DNA of 24,943 nt, from positions 1-24,943 of IMG/VR virus record IMGVR_UViG_3300020319_000014. One strand, given 5' to 3'. A model generated the notes under the pieces. It was not told the origin of the DNA. It did no database searches and worked only from the letters and a program-made list of their open reading frames with translations. Shown piece by piece: positions 1-8,911 of this stretch (position 1 is the stretch's first letter; every line of letters begins with the position of its first letter). A program made the position numbers and the translations under genes. This DNA is from a virus. Its lineage: Duplodnaviria; Caudoviricetes.

Positions 1-104
1 ATGGAGCGATATTACAATTTAGGTCAAGTGATAGTAAGTTTGTTGCAAGAAATGAATTAGTAACAACTACTGGTACTTTGACACTCAACGCAGGAGCTTT
101 CTAA
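1..104 (+). CDS. 3' end of a virion structural/fibre-associated protein (partial, runs off the 5' edge)
   Basis: The frame from nt 3 reads GAILQFRSSDSKFVARNELVTTTGTLTLNAGAF* with TAA at 102-104. The next gene starts at 108. The C-terminal NAGAF resembles the DGGSF end of the next protein. Confidence 0.7.
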   Translation, partial: GAILQFRSSDSKFVARNELVTTTGTLTLNAGAF

Positions 105-107
105 TAA

Positions 108-1817
108 ATGGCAACGGTAATACAGATAAAAAGAAGTTCGGGTACTTCAGCACCTAGTACGCTGAAATTAGGTGAAATAGCTTATACTCATGGAACAGGT
201 ACACAAGGAAATTTAGGTGATAGATTATTCATTGGTGAGGGTGGTGTTGACGGTAACGGTGACGCTAACAATGTAACCGTAATTGGCGGTCAATATTTTT
301 CAGATTTACTAGACCATGTATCAGGTACTCTTACAGCAAATTCAGCAATATTAGCAGATTCGAATAAGGCAATTGATGAAGTCATTATAGGTAATGACGC
401 TTCTGCTGGTGGTCAATTAAAATTAAATGAGGGTACCAATAACGGAACAAATTTAGTAGGACTAAAAGCTCCTAATTCTCTAGCAAATACAATAGTTTTT
501 ACATTACCAGGTGGTGATGGTTCAGCAGGACAATTTTTAAAAACGGATGGTTCAGGTAATTTAGGTTTTGCAACCGTTAATCAGTTTATAGATTTAGCAG
601 GTGACGGTTCTACAACAGATACTTACAATACTGCTGAAACACTTACATTTGCTGGTTCAGGTGGTCTAGTTCAAACGGTAACAGATAATACCGTAACCGT
701 AACGGCAACAGCATTAACAAATTCAAACTTATCAGGTAGTGCAGGTATAACAAATGCTAACTTAGCAAATCCTACACTTACTTTAGGTTCATCTACATTG
801 ACATTAGGTGCAACTACACAAGATATTGCCGGATTAACTTCATTAGTAATTGATGACATTACAATTAACGGTCAAACAATGTCAACGACTGCTAGTAATA
901 AAAATATTAATTTATCTCCACACGGAACAGGAACGGTAATAGTACCATCTGGTTACGAAGATAGAAGTGGATTTACAACTAACTCATTAGCTAATAAAGC
1001 ATATGTTGACCAAGTTGCTCAAGGTCTTGACGCTAAACCATCAACAAGAGTTGCTACTACAGCAAATTTAGCAGCTTCTTATTCAAACGGTACCGCTGGT
1101 GTTGGTGCAACACTAACAGCAAGTTCAAACGGTGCATTATCAATTGATGGTGTTTCGCCTACAACAAACGATAGAATTTTAGTTAAAGACCAATCAACAG
1201 CAGCTCAAAACGGTATCTATATTGTAACAACCGTAGGTGATGGTTCTAATCCTTTTGTATTAACAAGAGCAACACCTGAAGACCAACCCGCTGAATTATC
1301 AGGTGGTTCATTTGTATTCGTAGAAGAAGGTACTGCTAACGGAGATAACGGTTATGTGTTTACTCATACAGGCGCTCCTACTTTTGGTACAACTGCTTTA
1401 GATGTAACACAATTTTCTGGTGCAGGTCAAATAACTGCTGGTGCAGCTTTGACTAAATCAGGTAATCAAATGGATGTTGCAGTAGATAATTCTTCAGTTG
1501 AAGTTAACGCAGACGCATTAAGAGTTAAAGCATTAGGTATTACAAACTCAATGTTAGCAGGTAGTATAGACGGTGCTAAGATTGAAAACTTTACATTTAC
1601 AGACGAAGGCTCTACACAAGGTGCAGTTCAAATAGGTAACCCTATGGAGTTTTTAGCAGGTGAAGGATTAAATACAACTGCTTCAGGTAATAGTTTAACA
1701 ATTGCTGGTGAATTAGCAAGCAATTCAAATATTGGTGTTGCTAAATTTCATTCAGATAATTTTCAGGTAGCATCCGGTGATGTAACCATAACAACAGTTG
1801 ACGGAGGTTCATTCTAA
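108..1817 (+). CDS. Tail/head fibre-like structural protein, 569 aa
   Basis: Gly/Thr/Ser/Asn-rich. N-terminal MATVIQIKRS...LGEIAY module typical of phage fibre N-termini. Internal NKAYVDQVAQGLDAKPSTRVATTANL...DRILVKDQSTAAQNGIY segment typical of tail-fibre proteins. Ends in DGGSF. Confidence 0.8.
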   Translation: MATVIQIKRSSGTSAPSTLKLGEIAYTHGTGTQGNLGDRLFIGEGGVDGNGDANNVTVIGGQYFSDLLDHVSGTLTANSAILADSNKAIDEVIIGNDASAGGQLKLNEGTNNGTNLVGLKAPNSLANTIVFTLPGGDGSAGQFLKTDGSGNLGFATVNQFIDLAGDGSTTDTYNTAETLTFAGSGGLVQTVTDNTVTVTATALTNSNLSGSAGITNANLANPTLTLGSSTLTLGATTQDIAGLTSLVIDDITINGQTMSTTASNKNINLSPHGTGTVIVPSGYEDRSGFTTNSLANKAYVDQVAQGLDAKPSTRVATTANLAASYSNGTAGVGATLTASSNGALSIDGVSPTTNDRILVKDQSTAAQNGIYIVTTVGDGSNPFVLTRATPEDQPAELSGGSFVFVEEGTANGDNGYVFTHTGAPTFGTTALDVTQFSGAGQITAGAALTKSGNQMDVAVDNSSVEVNADALRVKALGITNSMLAGSIDGAKIENFTFTDEGSTQGAVQIGNPMEFLAGEGLNTTASGNSLTIAGELASNSNIGVAKFHSDNFQVASGDVTITTVDGGSF

Positions 1818-2026
1818 TGAAACTATGGACAAGATTTAAAAATTTTATTACTAAACCTTATATGAAGCCTTTAGTATTAAAAAAAGAACAAGAGATTAAT
1901 TTAAAAAATCTTAAAACAAAAACAAAAAAAGAATTAGAAAAATTAGGCAGAAAAGTTGGTGTTGAATTAGACAGACGACTTACAAAAGATAAACTTATAA
2001 AACAAATTAGAAAAGCTTGTAAATAA
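1817..2026 (+). CDS. Small basic protein with a Rho-N/HeH-like helix-extended-helix motif, 69 aa
   Basis: LKTKTKKELEKLGRKVGVELDRRLTKDKLIKQI fits the L..hT..EL..hA...Gh......K..LI..I pattern. It is coupled to both neighbours by TAATG overlaps. Confidence 0.6.
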   Translation: MKLWTRFKNFITKPYMKPLVLKKEQEINLKNLKTKTKKELEKLGRKVGVELDRRLTKDKLIKQIRKACK

Positions 2027-2406
2027 TGGCAACGGTAATAAAACCAAAAAGAAGTGAAGTAGCGAGTTCAATACCAGCAGCTAACTCATTAGCAGTTGGT
2101 GAAATTGCAATGAATGTTACAGATGGTAAGTTTTACACTAAAACATCTGGTAATGTTGTCAAAGAAATGGGTGGTGCAGGTGCAGTTACATTACAAAGTG
2201 TTGTAACTTCAGGTGCAATTAGTAACCAAGATATAACTTTAGACGGTGCAAATTTAATCTTTGAGGGTTATCAAGCAAATGCTTATGAAACAACTTTAAC
2301 TGCTATTGAGCCTACAAAAGATAATACGGTATCATTACCAAATCAATCGGGCATATTAGCAACTGAAGGTGATAATTTAGCTTTTAGTATAGTATTTGGA
2401 GGATAA
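2026..2406 (+). CDS. Small fibre-related structural protein, 126 aa
   Basis: N-terminus MATVIKPKRSE...LAVGEIAMNVTDGKFY is paralogous to that of the 569 aa ORF. C-terminal TVSLPNQSGILAT motif is common in phage fibre proteins. Confidence 0.7.
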   Translation: MATVIKPKRSEVASSIPAANSLAVGEIAMNVTDGKFYTKTSGNVVKEMGGAGAVTLQSVVTSGAISNQDITLDGANLIFEGYQANAYETTLTAIEPTKDNTVSLPNQSGILATEGDNLAFSIVFGG

Positions 2407-2408
2407 AA

Positions 2409-2756
2409 GTGGCAAGTTCATTTAAAAATGCAGGTCTTGATGTTGGTGTATTAGACGCTTCAGCAGGTGATATCTACACAGCAGGCGGTTCTGTAACTGC
2501 TGTTATTCATGCTGTTTACATATCTAATTTAAGCACCACAAATGACGCTAAAGTAAATGTAAAAGTAACTATTGATGGTGGTTCTACTTTCAGACATGTA
2601 GGTAGAAGTTTAAATGTACCAGCAAATAATACTTTAGTTTTAGATAAACCAATAAATTTAGAAAACAACGATAAAATTAGAATATATGCAGACCCTAATC
2701 CAGATAGTTCATCTGTTGATGTAGAGGCATATGTTAGTATATTGGAGATTAGTTAA
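2409..2756 (+). CDS. Putative virion structural protein, 115 aa (GTG start)
   Basis: Beta-rich small protein (IYTA..TAVIHAVYISN..VPANNTLVLDKPINLENNDKIRI) within the fibre operon. TAATG overlap with the next gene. Confidence 0.6.
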   Translation: MASSFKNAGLDVGVLDASAGDIYTAGGSVTAVIHAVYISNLSTTNDAKVNVKVTIDGGSTFRHVGRSLNVPANNTLVLDKPINLENNDKIRIYADPNPDSSSVDVEAYVSILEIS

Positions 2757-3364
2757 TGCCTTTACAAGTACCTGAAGCTAATAGAACAAGATTAAAAGAT
2801 TTTAACGGTATTAGAAGAACAAAAGAAGGCATGTTATATCTGACACATGTTGTTAGAGAAACTAGTAGTGATAGTATAGAGCTTTCAAAATTTCACGAAG
2901 ATGGTAAATCTGATTTATTACCAAAAGATGGTGAAACAGGATACACACAAGAAAGATTAGAATTATATAACACTCAATCTTTTACAGGTGATAGTTCTAC
3001 AACAACATTTACAATATCAAATGACCTAGATACTCAAAGCGAAAGACTAGCGGTTTTTGTTGATGGTATTAGAAAAAATGCATTTGCAGATTACACAATA
3101 AATAATACAACTTTAACATTCACGATTGCTCCTATTAATGGTAAGATAATTCAAGTAGGTCAAATAAACAAAAGATTTTTTAACAACAATAGCGATAAGT
3201 ACCAGCAATATACTTTTGATAGTAATGCTACTTATCTTATAAATAGTGATGGAGAGTTAGTTAGAAGAGAAAACAAAAGTGTGTCAAGAACAGCTTTAGG
3301 TAGTGATAATTTTGACACTTTTGAAGCGGGAGCAACTATTAATAGTACAACTTACTCGGTATAG
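2756..3364 (+). CDS. Putative structural protein, 202 aa
   Basis: Carries one FTGDSSTTTFTI...LAVFVDGI....DYTI...TLTFTIAP module of the type repeated in baseplate/fibre proteins of marine T4-like phages. Confidence 0.6.
   Translation: MPLQVPEANRTRLKDFNGIRRTKEGMLYLTHVVRETSSDSIELSKFHEDGKSDLLPKDGETGYTQERLELYNTQSFTGDSSTTTFTISNDLDTQSERLAVFVDGIRKNAFADYTINNTTLTFTIAPINGKIIQVGQINKRFFNNNSDKYQQYTFDSNATYLINSDGELVRRENKSVSRTALGSDNFDTFEAGATINSTTYSV
3238..3245 (+). promoter_or_regulatory. T4-type late promoter TATAAATA, internal to the 202 aa ORF and upstream of the 1185 aa fibre gene
   Basis: Exact match to the T4 gp55 late -10 box, in the extended context ATCTTATAAATA shared with three intergenic copies. 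Confidence 0.6.
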
Positions 3365-3372
3365 GAAAAAAT

Positions 3373-6300
3373 ATGGCAGATTTTCAATTAGGAAGAATTA
3401 AATTTAAATGGAGAGGTGATTGGGCAACATCAACTGCCTATGTGATTGATGACATTGTAAAGTATGGTGGTAATGTTTATACGGTTGTTACAAACCACAC
3501 ATCACAATCAACATCAGCGGCTTTTTATACAGATTTAACAGCAGGCAAATACGAAATACATACAGAGGGTTTATTTTTTAAAGGTGATTGGGCTGCCACA
3601 ACTCACTACAAACTAAATGACCTAGTAAAGTATGGTGCATTTCAATATAGAACAACAACTCAACACACTTCAACATCAAGTTTTGAACCTGCTAAATTCC
3701 AAGTTTACGGAGAGGGTTTTCAATTTGAAGACTCATATTCTTCAAGTACAACATACCAAGACGGAGATGTTGTAACATATGGTGGTTATTCATATGTTTA
3801 TATTAATAATACACCAGCTTCAGGACAAACACCAACAGATAATGCATATTGGGATGTCCTTACAACAGGTTTCAAAGCATTAGGTGAATACTCACACGGA
3901 ACATCTTACAAAACAGGTGATACTATTCAATACGGTGGTAATAACTATGTTTGTATAGCAAATCATACTAATCAATATCCAGCAAATACAAATGGTACGG
4001 ATAATTCAAGTTATTGGACAAAAAATTTAGAAGGATTTAATTACAGAGCGGCTTATAACGCTTCTACTATTTACCAGATTGGTGATGTAGTAAGATTAAC
4101 AACTTCAACTTATGTTGCTATTCAAGACAGAGTACAAAATGTTTCTCCAGATTCAGATGGTACAAAATGGCAATTAATTGCACAAGGTGACTCAGCTGCT
4201 GTATTATCTACAAGAGGTGATATAATAAAACAAGGTGCTTCTCAAGCAGAGGCATTAACAATCGGTACAATAGGTTCAGTTTTAACAACTGATGGTACTG
4301 ACCCTATTTGGTCAAATGCTGAGGGTAAAAATGTAATTTATGTTGCAAACTCTGGTAGCGATTCAAATCCAGGTTCACAATACTTACCTTATAAAACACT
4401 TTACTATGCAATGCAACAAGCGACTTCAGGAGATGTTACAGATATTGGTACAATATCAGGTGGTACAGGTGGTGTTCCTTCTACTTATGATTTACAACAA
4501 ACTGCCTCAACTGGTTCTGGAACAGGAACAAAAATTAGAGCAGTCCTAGATGGTTCATCAACACCTACGGTTACCGTAACAGATGGTGGTAAAGGACATG
4601 CTGCCGGTGATACAATTACTTTTGGTAATGTAGGTCCAGACGGAAGTACCGTACAAGGTGGCGGTATGTCAAACATAACAATTGTTGTTACTTCAGCTTC
4701 AGTTGGTGATGTTGTTGTTGTTAAAAACGGAGTTTACAGAGAAACTTTACCTATAAGAGTTCCGGCAGGAGTTACCGTTAGAGGTGAAAGTTTAAGAGGT
4801 ACAGAAATTAGACCTAAAACAGGAACAGGTCATCAAATAAAAACAATTGGTTCAATAACAGGTGGTACAGGCGGAACGCCAGGAACATATCAATACAAAC
4901 AACAAACTTCTACAAATGGTAGTGGTGCTGGTGCAGTATTCAATGTTACAACAGATGGTTCATCTACACCCACGGTAACAGTTTATCATGGTGGTTTTGG
5001 TTATGTTGTAGGTAACACAATTACACTTAATGGTGCTACTAAATTAGGTGGCGCTTCCGATTTAACATTTACGATTACAGCGTTAGAAAATAATGACGCT
5101 TCAAATATGTTCTTATGTGGTAATCAAACTAACATCACATTAATGACATTTAAAGGTTTGACAGGTACACCAGGCGCTGGTGGTACTAGTAAAGCTGCCG
5201 TTGTTTCATTAGACCCTACATCTAATATATCAACTGCTTCACCTTATATTCAAGATTGTTCTTCAGTAAATGCGAGTGCAACAGGTATTCAAATTGACGG
5301 ACTTTTACATACTGATAATGGTGGTACAAGTAATAAATCAATTCTTGCAAATGACTTTACACAAATTAACTCTGATGGTCGTGGTGTTCATGCATTAGGC
5401 GGTGGTCGTGGTGAAATGGTTTCTATATTCACATACTATTGTGATAAATCTTTCTTTGCAGAATCAGGTGGATTTATTAGAGGTCTAAACTGCTCATCTG
5501 CTTATGGTGAAAAAGGTGCTGAGGCAACAGGAACATTAGCCGCTGAAACAGCTAAATCTGTATCTGCTCGTGGTGAGATGTTAAGATATAGTACCACATT
5601 TATTGGCGGCGCTACAGAATCAGATATTGCTGACGCATTAACAACTTCAGGAACACCGACAGCTGCTACCGTGGTAGGTGTTACTTCAGGTGCCTCTGCT
5701 ACATTGTTTAGAGTTAATATTTCAACAGATTCTTTACACATAGAAAATAGAAGTGGAAATTTCCAACAAGGTGAAACCGTAACAATTACAAAAGACAATA
5801 GTTCAACTTTTCAAGTTGTTTTAAGTTCATCATATGGTGATAGTTCAGCAGCTCAGACAGGTCAAACAGGTGCCTTAATTGCTGTTGATTCATCCGACGG
5901 AACATTGAATAGTGCAAATGCTCTTTCTATCGGGTCAAATGTTGTATTTGTATCAGACGGTAGTAAATATTACAGATTATCAGCAATTTCAGAAACAAAT
6001 ACATCTAATCAAACTGCTTTATTAAGATTAACAGAATCAGTAACAACAGGTAGAGCTATACCTGATAATACAGCAACAACTATAACAACAGGTTTTTCAA
6101 ACATAAGATTAACTGGTCACGACTTCCTAGATATTGGTACTGGTGACTTTGCTTCTTCAAATTATCCAGGCAATGCTTCACAGCCTGCTGACCAATCAGA
6201 CGAAGTTAATGAATTAAATGGTGGCCGTGTTTACTTTTCTTCTACTGACCAAAGAGGTGATTTCAGAGTAGGAGATTTATTCAGAATTCAACAATCAACT

Positions 6301-6930
6301 GGTATTGCTACCCTAAACGCAGACGCATTTGACCTTTCAGGTTTAAGTGAATTACAACTAGGTTCTATTGGTGCAGAATTAGGTGCTACAATTAATGAAT
6401 TTAGTACAGATGAAACATTAGCAAACGATAGTAATACTGCTGTACCTACTGAAAGAGCAATTGTAGGTTACACTCAAAGAGATAATATGGGAACAGGCCA
6501 TTTAGTGCCACCTACTGGTACAACTGCTCAAAGACCAACAGGTAGTGCTTTAAAAACTGGTGGTATAAGATATAACTCATCTCTAGTAACATGGGAAGGT
6601 TATAACGGAACACAATGGACAGGTCTTGGTGGTGGTAATCCGTGGGCTTCAACAAGTTCAAGTATTACGGTAGCTGCTAATGATAGATATTTTGTAGATA
6701 CTTCAGGCGGTGCAAAAACAATTACATTACCTGCTTCTCCACAAGTAGGTGACCAAGTATCTTTAGTTGACTTAGCAAGTACATTTGATACAAACAATTT
6801 AACTATTGCAAGAAATAGTTTAAAAATAATGGGACAAACAGCAGATATGACCGTTTCTACTGAAGACGCTGGTATACAATTAGTTTACACAGGCGCAACT
6901 TACGGTTGGAAATTAGTACAGAATTTATAA
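3373..6930 (+). CDS. Large multidomain tail fibre/receptor-binding protein, 1185 aa
   Basis: Five N-terminal CBM5/12-like repeats (W....Y...D.V.YGG..Y). Right-handed beta-helix cap motif IYVANSGSDSNPG...PYKTL...GDVVVVKNGVYRE. C-terminal GTTAQRP..G.IRYN module and a VDTSGGAKTITLPASPQVGDQV module of T4 gp34 type. SD AGGA upstream. Confidence 0.85.
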   Translation: MADFQLGRIKFKWRGDWATSTAYVIDDIVKYGGNVYTVVTNHTSQSTSAAFYTDLTAGKYEIHTEGLFFKGDWAATTHYKLNDLVKYGAFQYRTTTQHTSTSSFEPAKFQVYGEGFQFEDSYSSSTTYQDGDVVTYGGYSYVYINNTPASGQTPTDNAYWDVLTTGFKALGEYSHGTSYKTGDTIQYGGNNYVCIANHTNQYPANTNGTDNSSYWTKNLEGFNYRAAYNASTIYQIGDVVRLTTSTYVAIQDRVQNVSPDSDGTKWQLIAQGDSAAVLSTRGDIIKQGASQAEALTIGTIGSVLTTDGTDPIWSNAEGKNVIYVANSGSDSNPGSQYLPYKTLYYAMQQATSGDVTDIGTISGGTGGVPSTYDLQQTASTGSGTGTKIRAVLDGSSTPTVTVTDGGKGHAAGDTITFGNVGPDGSTVQGGGMSNITIVVTSASVGDVVVVKNGVYRETLPIRVPAGVTVRGESLRGTEIRPKTGTGHQIKTIGSITGGTGGTPGTYQYKQQTSTNGSGAGAVFNVTTDGSSTPTVTVYHGGFGYVVGNTITLNGATKLGGASDLTFTITALENNDASNMFLCGNQTNITLMTFKGLTGTPGAGGTSKAAVVSLDPTSNISTASPYIQDCSSVNASATGIQIDGLLHTDNGGTSNKSILANDFTQINSDGRGVHALGGGRGEMVSIFTYYCDKSFFAESGGFIRGLNCSSAYGEKGAEATGTLAAETAKSVSARGEMLRYSTTFIGGATESDIADALTTSGTPTAATVVGVTSGASATLFRVNISTDSLHIENRSGNFQQGETVTITKDNSSTFQVVLSSSYGDSSAAQTGQTGALIAVDSSDGTLNSANALSIGSNVVFVSDGSKYYRLSAISETNTSNQTALLRLTESVTTGRAIPDNTATTITTGFSNIRLTGHDFLDIGTGDFASSNYPGNASQPADQSDEVNELNGGRVYFSSTDQRGDFRVGDLFRIQQSTGIATLNADAFDLSGLSELQLGSIGAELGATINEFSTDETLANDSNTAVPTERAIVGYTQRDNMGTGHLVPPTGTTAQRPTGSALKTGGIRYNSSLVTWEGYNGTQWTGLGGGNPWASTSSSITVAANDRYFVDTSGGAKTITLPASPQVGDQVSLVDLASTFDTNNLTIARNSLKIMGQTADMTVSTEDAGIQLVYTGATYGWKLVQNL
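3403..4185 (+). repeat. Five degenerate tandem ~50 aa carbohydrate-binding-like repeats (protein level)
   Basis: WRGDWATSTAYVIDDIVKYGGNVY / FKGDWAATTHYKLNDLVKYGAFQY / FEDSYSSSTTYQDGDVVTYGGYSY / ALGEYSHGTSYKTGDTIQYGGNNY / YRAAYNASTIYQIGDVVRLTTSTY. Confidence 0.75.
4444..5085 (+). repeat. Two copies of an ~85 aa domain inside the 1185 aa fibre (about 4444-4700 and 4846-5085)
   Basis: IGTISGGTGGVPSTY..QQTASTGSGTG....LDGSSTPTVTVTDGGKGHAAGDTITF versus IGSITGGTGGTPGTY..QQTSTNGSGAG....TDGSSTPTVTVYHGGFGYVVGNTITL. Confidence 0.8.
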
Positions 6931-6945
6931 TAAATAAAGAAAAAG

Positions 6946-6953
6946 GATAAATA
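6946..6953 (+). promoter_or_regulatory. Possible variant late promoter GATAAATA
   Basis: One mismatch to TATAAATA, in the short gap before the 547 aa gene. It is very close to the ATG and overlaps a candidate SD (AAGGA). Confidence 0.3.
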
Positions 6954-6958
6954 GTATT

Positions 6959-8602
6959 ATGTCAGATTTAAGAGATTTTACAGGTAAAAATAGAAAGTTT
7001 ACTGGTACAACCGGATTGAAAATATCTAGTGGTACGGCAGCTCAAAGAGTAAATGAATCTGGAAGATTTAGATTTAATACAGATGTAAACTTGTTAGAGT
7101 ATTATTCAGGTTCAGAATGGAAATCAATTGATTCTCCACCTGTTATTAATACTATTGCTGTTGATGGAGGTTCAGACGCTACAACAGGTTCAGTTGATAA
7201 CGAAGCCTCAGGAAATTCAACAATTGTAATTAAAGGTTCTTTATTTGATACTTCAGCTGCTTCGGTATCTTTTGTCGGTTCTGGTGAAACTTTATCACCA
7301 GCGTCAACAACAATTAATAGTTCTTCTCAAATTACAGTTACACTTTTAAAGTCATCTGTTGATATAGGAAATAGTCCGTATAATGTAAAAGTTACAAATC
7401 CATCAGGTCTTTCTGGTGAATTGGGTGGCGCCTTATCTGCTGACTCAACAGCACCAACATTTACAAACGCTGTTGATACAACGGTTACACTTTTTGATAC
7501 TACAAGAGCTGCTGGTATTCCAGCTGCCGATTTATGTGGTGCTTCAAACTCATCTAATTTTTCTGTAACCTCAGGTTCTTTACCAGGTGGATTATCAATG
7601 ACAACTAGTACAGGTGCAATTACAGGAACAGCAACCGCTGTTGGCACAGATACAACATCAACATTTACGGTATCAGCTGTAGGTGATGACGCAACTTCAA
7701 CAAGACAATTTAAAATTACGGTTAAAGCTCCTGTAAGAACAACCGTAACATCAACAGGCGGAGGTATATTTACCGTACCGGCAGGTGTTACAACATTAGG
7801 ATTATTGATGGTTGCAGGCGGTGGTTCAGGAGGTTCTGACCTAGGTAGTGGTGGCGGAGCAGGCGGTATGTTAGAAGGAACATTAACAGTCGTAGGTGGC
7901 TCAAATATACCTTACAATGTAGGTGCTGGCGGAGCACAAAGTCCAGTACCATCTTATCACTCAGGATATTATGGCGCAAATACAACTTTTGGTCCTATTC
8001 CAGGAACAGGAGTAACTGCTACAGCAACTGGTGGTGGATACGGATGTGGCCACGGTGGTGGAAGTCCTAAAGGTTCAGGTTCAAATCCTGAACAAGCTAG
8101 TTCTCAAATTAATATTGGAGGCACAGGAGGTTCCGGCGGAGGAACAGGAAGTGCAGACTCAAGTGCGACTGCTTACAGAGGTGGTTATGGTAACCAAGGA
8201 GATTCAGGTGGATTAACTGGTTATGGAAATGACGGCGGCCGAGGTGGCGGAGGAAGTCCTCCAGGAAATGGTGCTCACGGCGGCGGTGGCGGCGGTGGTG
8301 CCGGAGGTGTTGGTGAAGATTGTAATACTGATGGTTCAGGTCATTCAGGTGATGGTGGTATAGGTAGAGTTTCAACTGCTTCAGGTTCTCCTGTTTATTA
8401 TGCAGGTGGCGGAGGCGGTTCTTATTATGATCCTAATTCTGGCGCTGTTGGTGCAGCTGGCCAAGGTGGCGGTACTGCTGGAGTTACAAGTGGTCGTTCA
8501 TCAGCTGCTAGTGCTAATTTAGGTGGTGGTACAGGAGCTGGAGGTCATCCAGGTGGAGGTTCGGGCACAGGTGGCTCAGGCATAATTATTATAACTCACT
8601 AG
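6959..8602 (+). CDS. Fibre/adhesin with Ig-like domains and a C-terminal glycine-rich domain, 547 aa
   Basis: N-terminal GTAAQR..G.FRFN module. IPT/TIG-like segment (IVIKGSLF...YNVKVTNPSG). Putative Ig segment (VTSGSLPGGLSMTTSTGAITGT). C-terminal Gly-rich region FTVPAGVTTL.LLMVAGGGSGG...GGSGIIII typical of polyglycine-rich phage adhesins. Confidence 0.8.
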   Translation: MSDLRDFTGKNRKFTGTTGLKISSGTAAQRVNESGRFRFNTDVNLLEYYSGSEWKSIDSPPVINTIAVDGGSDATTGSVDNEASGNSTIVIKGSLFDTSAASVSFVGSGETLSPASTTINSSSQITVTLLKSSVDIGNSPYNVKVTNPSGLSGELGGALSADSTAPTFTNAVDTTVTLFDTTRAAGIPAADLCGASNSSNFSVTSGSLPGGLSMTTSTGAITGTATAVGTDTTSTFTVSAVGDDATSTRQFKITVKAPVRTTVTSTGGGIFTVPAGVTTLGLLMVAGGGSGGSDLGSGGGAGGMLEGTLTVVGGSNIPYNVGAGGAQSPVPSYHSGYYGANTTFGPIPGTGVTATATGGGYGCGHGGGSPKGSGSNPEQASSQINIGGTGGSGGGTGSADSSATAYRGGYGNQGDSGGLTGYGNDGGRGGGGSPPGNGAHGGGGGGGAGGVGEDCNTDGSGHSGDGGIGRVSTASGSPVYYAGGGGGSYYDPNSGAVGAAGQGGGTAGVTSGRSSAASANLGGGTGAGGHPGGGSGTGGSGIIIITH

Positions 8603-8614
8603 GATAAAAAAACA

Positions 8615-8872
8615 ATGTTTAAAAAATTTGCAGTAATAAAATTAGACCCACCAGAAACTCACTCTACAGGTGGAATGGTTGAAAAAACAATTTACTTTTT
8701 AGAGGGTACATATAATATTAATGGTGCTGGAGGAAAATTTAGTACAGATAATGAAAAAGAAGATTGGAATGATAAAGTTACTGAATATAAATTAGTACAA
8801 ATTGAAGATGATAGTCCTGTAACAACTGGCTGGATTTATACTGATAAGACCAATGAATTAATAGCCCCATAA
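8615..8872 (+). CDS. Hypothetical protein, 85 aa (possible fibre accessory or chaperone)
   Basis: SD-like AGGA upstream. Follows the Gly-rich adhesin and ends in TGWIY......P, a pattern seen in small genes downstream of such adhesins. Confidence 0.6.
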   Translation: MFKKFAVIKLDPPETHSTGGMVEKTIYFLEGTYNINGAGGKFSTDNEKEDWNDKVTEYKLVQIEDDSPVTTGWIYTDKTNELIAP

Positions 8873-8884
8873 ATCTTATAAATA
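8869..8884 (+). repeat. 16-bp direct repeat ATAAATCTTATAAATA, copy 1
   Basis: Identical to 15300-15315. The two copies flank the enzyme island. Confidence 0.85.
8877..8884 (+). promoter_or_regulatory. T4-type late promoter TATAAATA upstream of the enzyme island
   Basis: Exact consensus in the 39-nt intergenic gap, followed by SD-like AAGGTG and the ATG at 8912. Confidence 0.8.
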
Positions 8885-8911
8885 CTTTATAATGAAAGGT
8901 GATTTTTTAAT

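Noticed and set aside
108-8602. Diversity-generating retroelement acting on the fibre genes
   Set aside because: No reverse transcriptase, and no near-identical TR/VR pair differing at adenines. The repeats seen are degenerate protein-domain duplications.
8888-8893. Sigma70-type -10 box TATAAT upstream of the enzyme island
   Set aside because: No TTGACA-like -35 at the right spacing (the sequence there is CCCCAT), and TATAAT is expected by chance in AT-rich DNA. It is not fully excluded as a second promoter.
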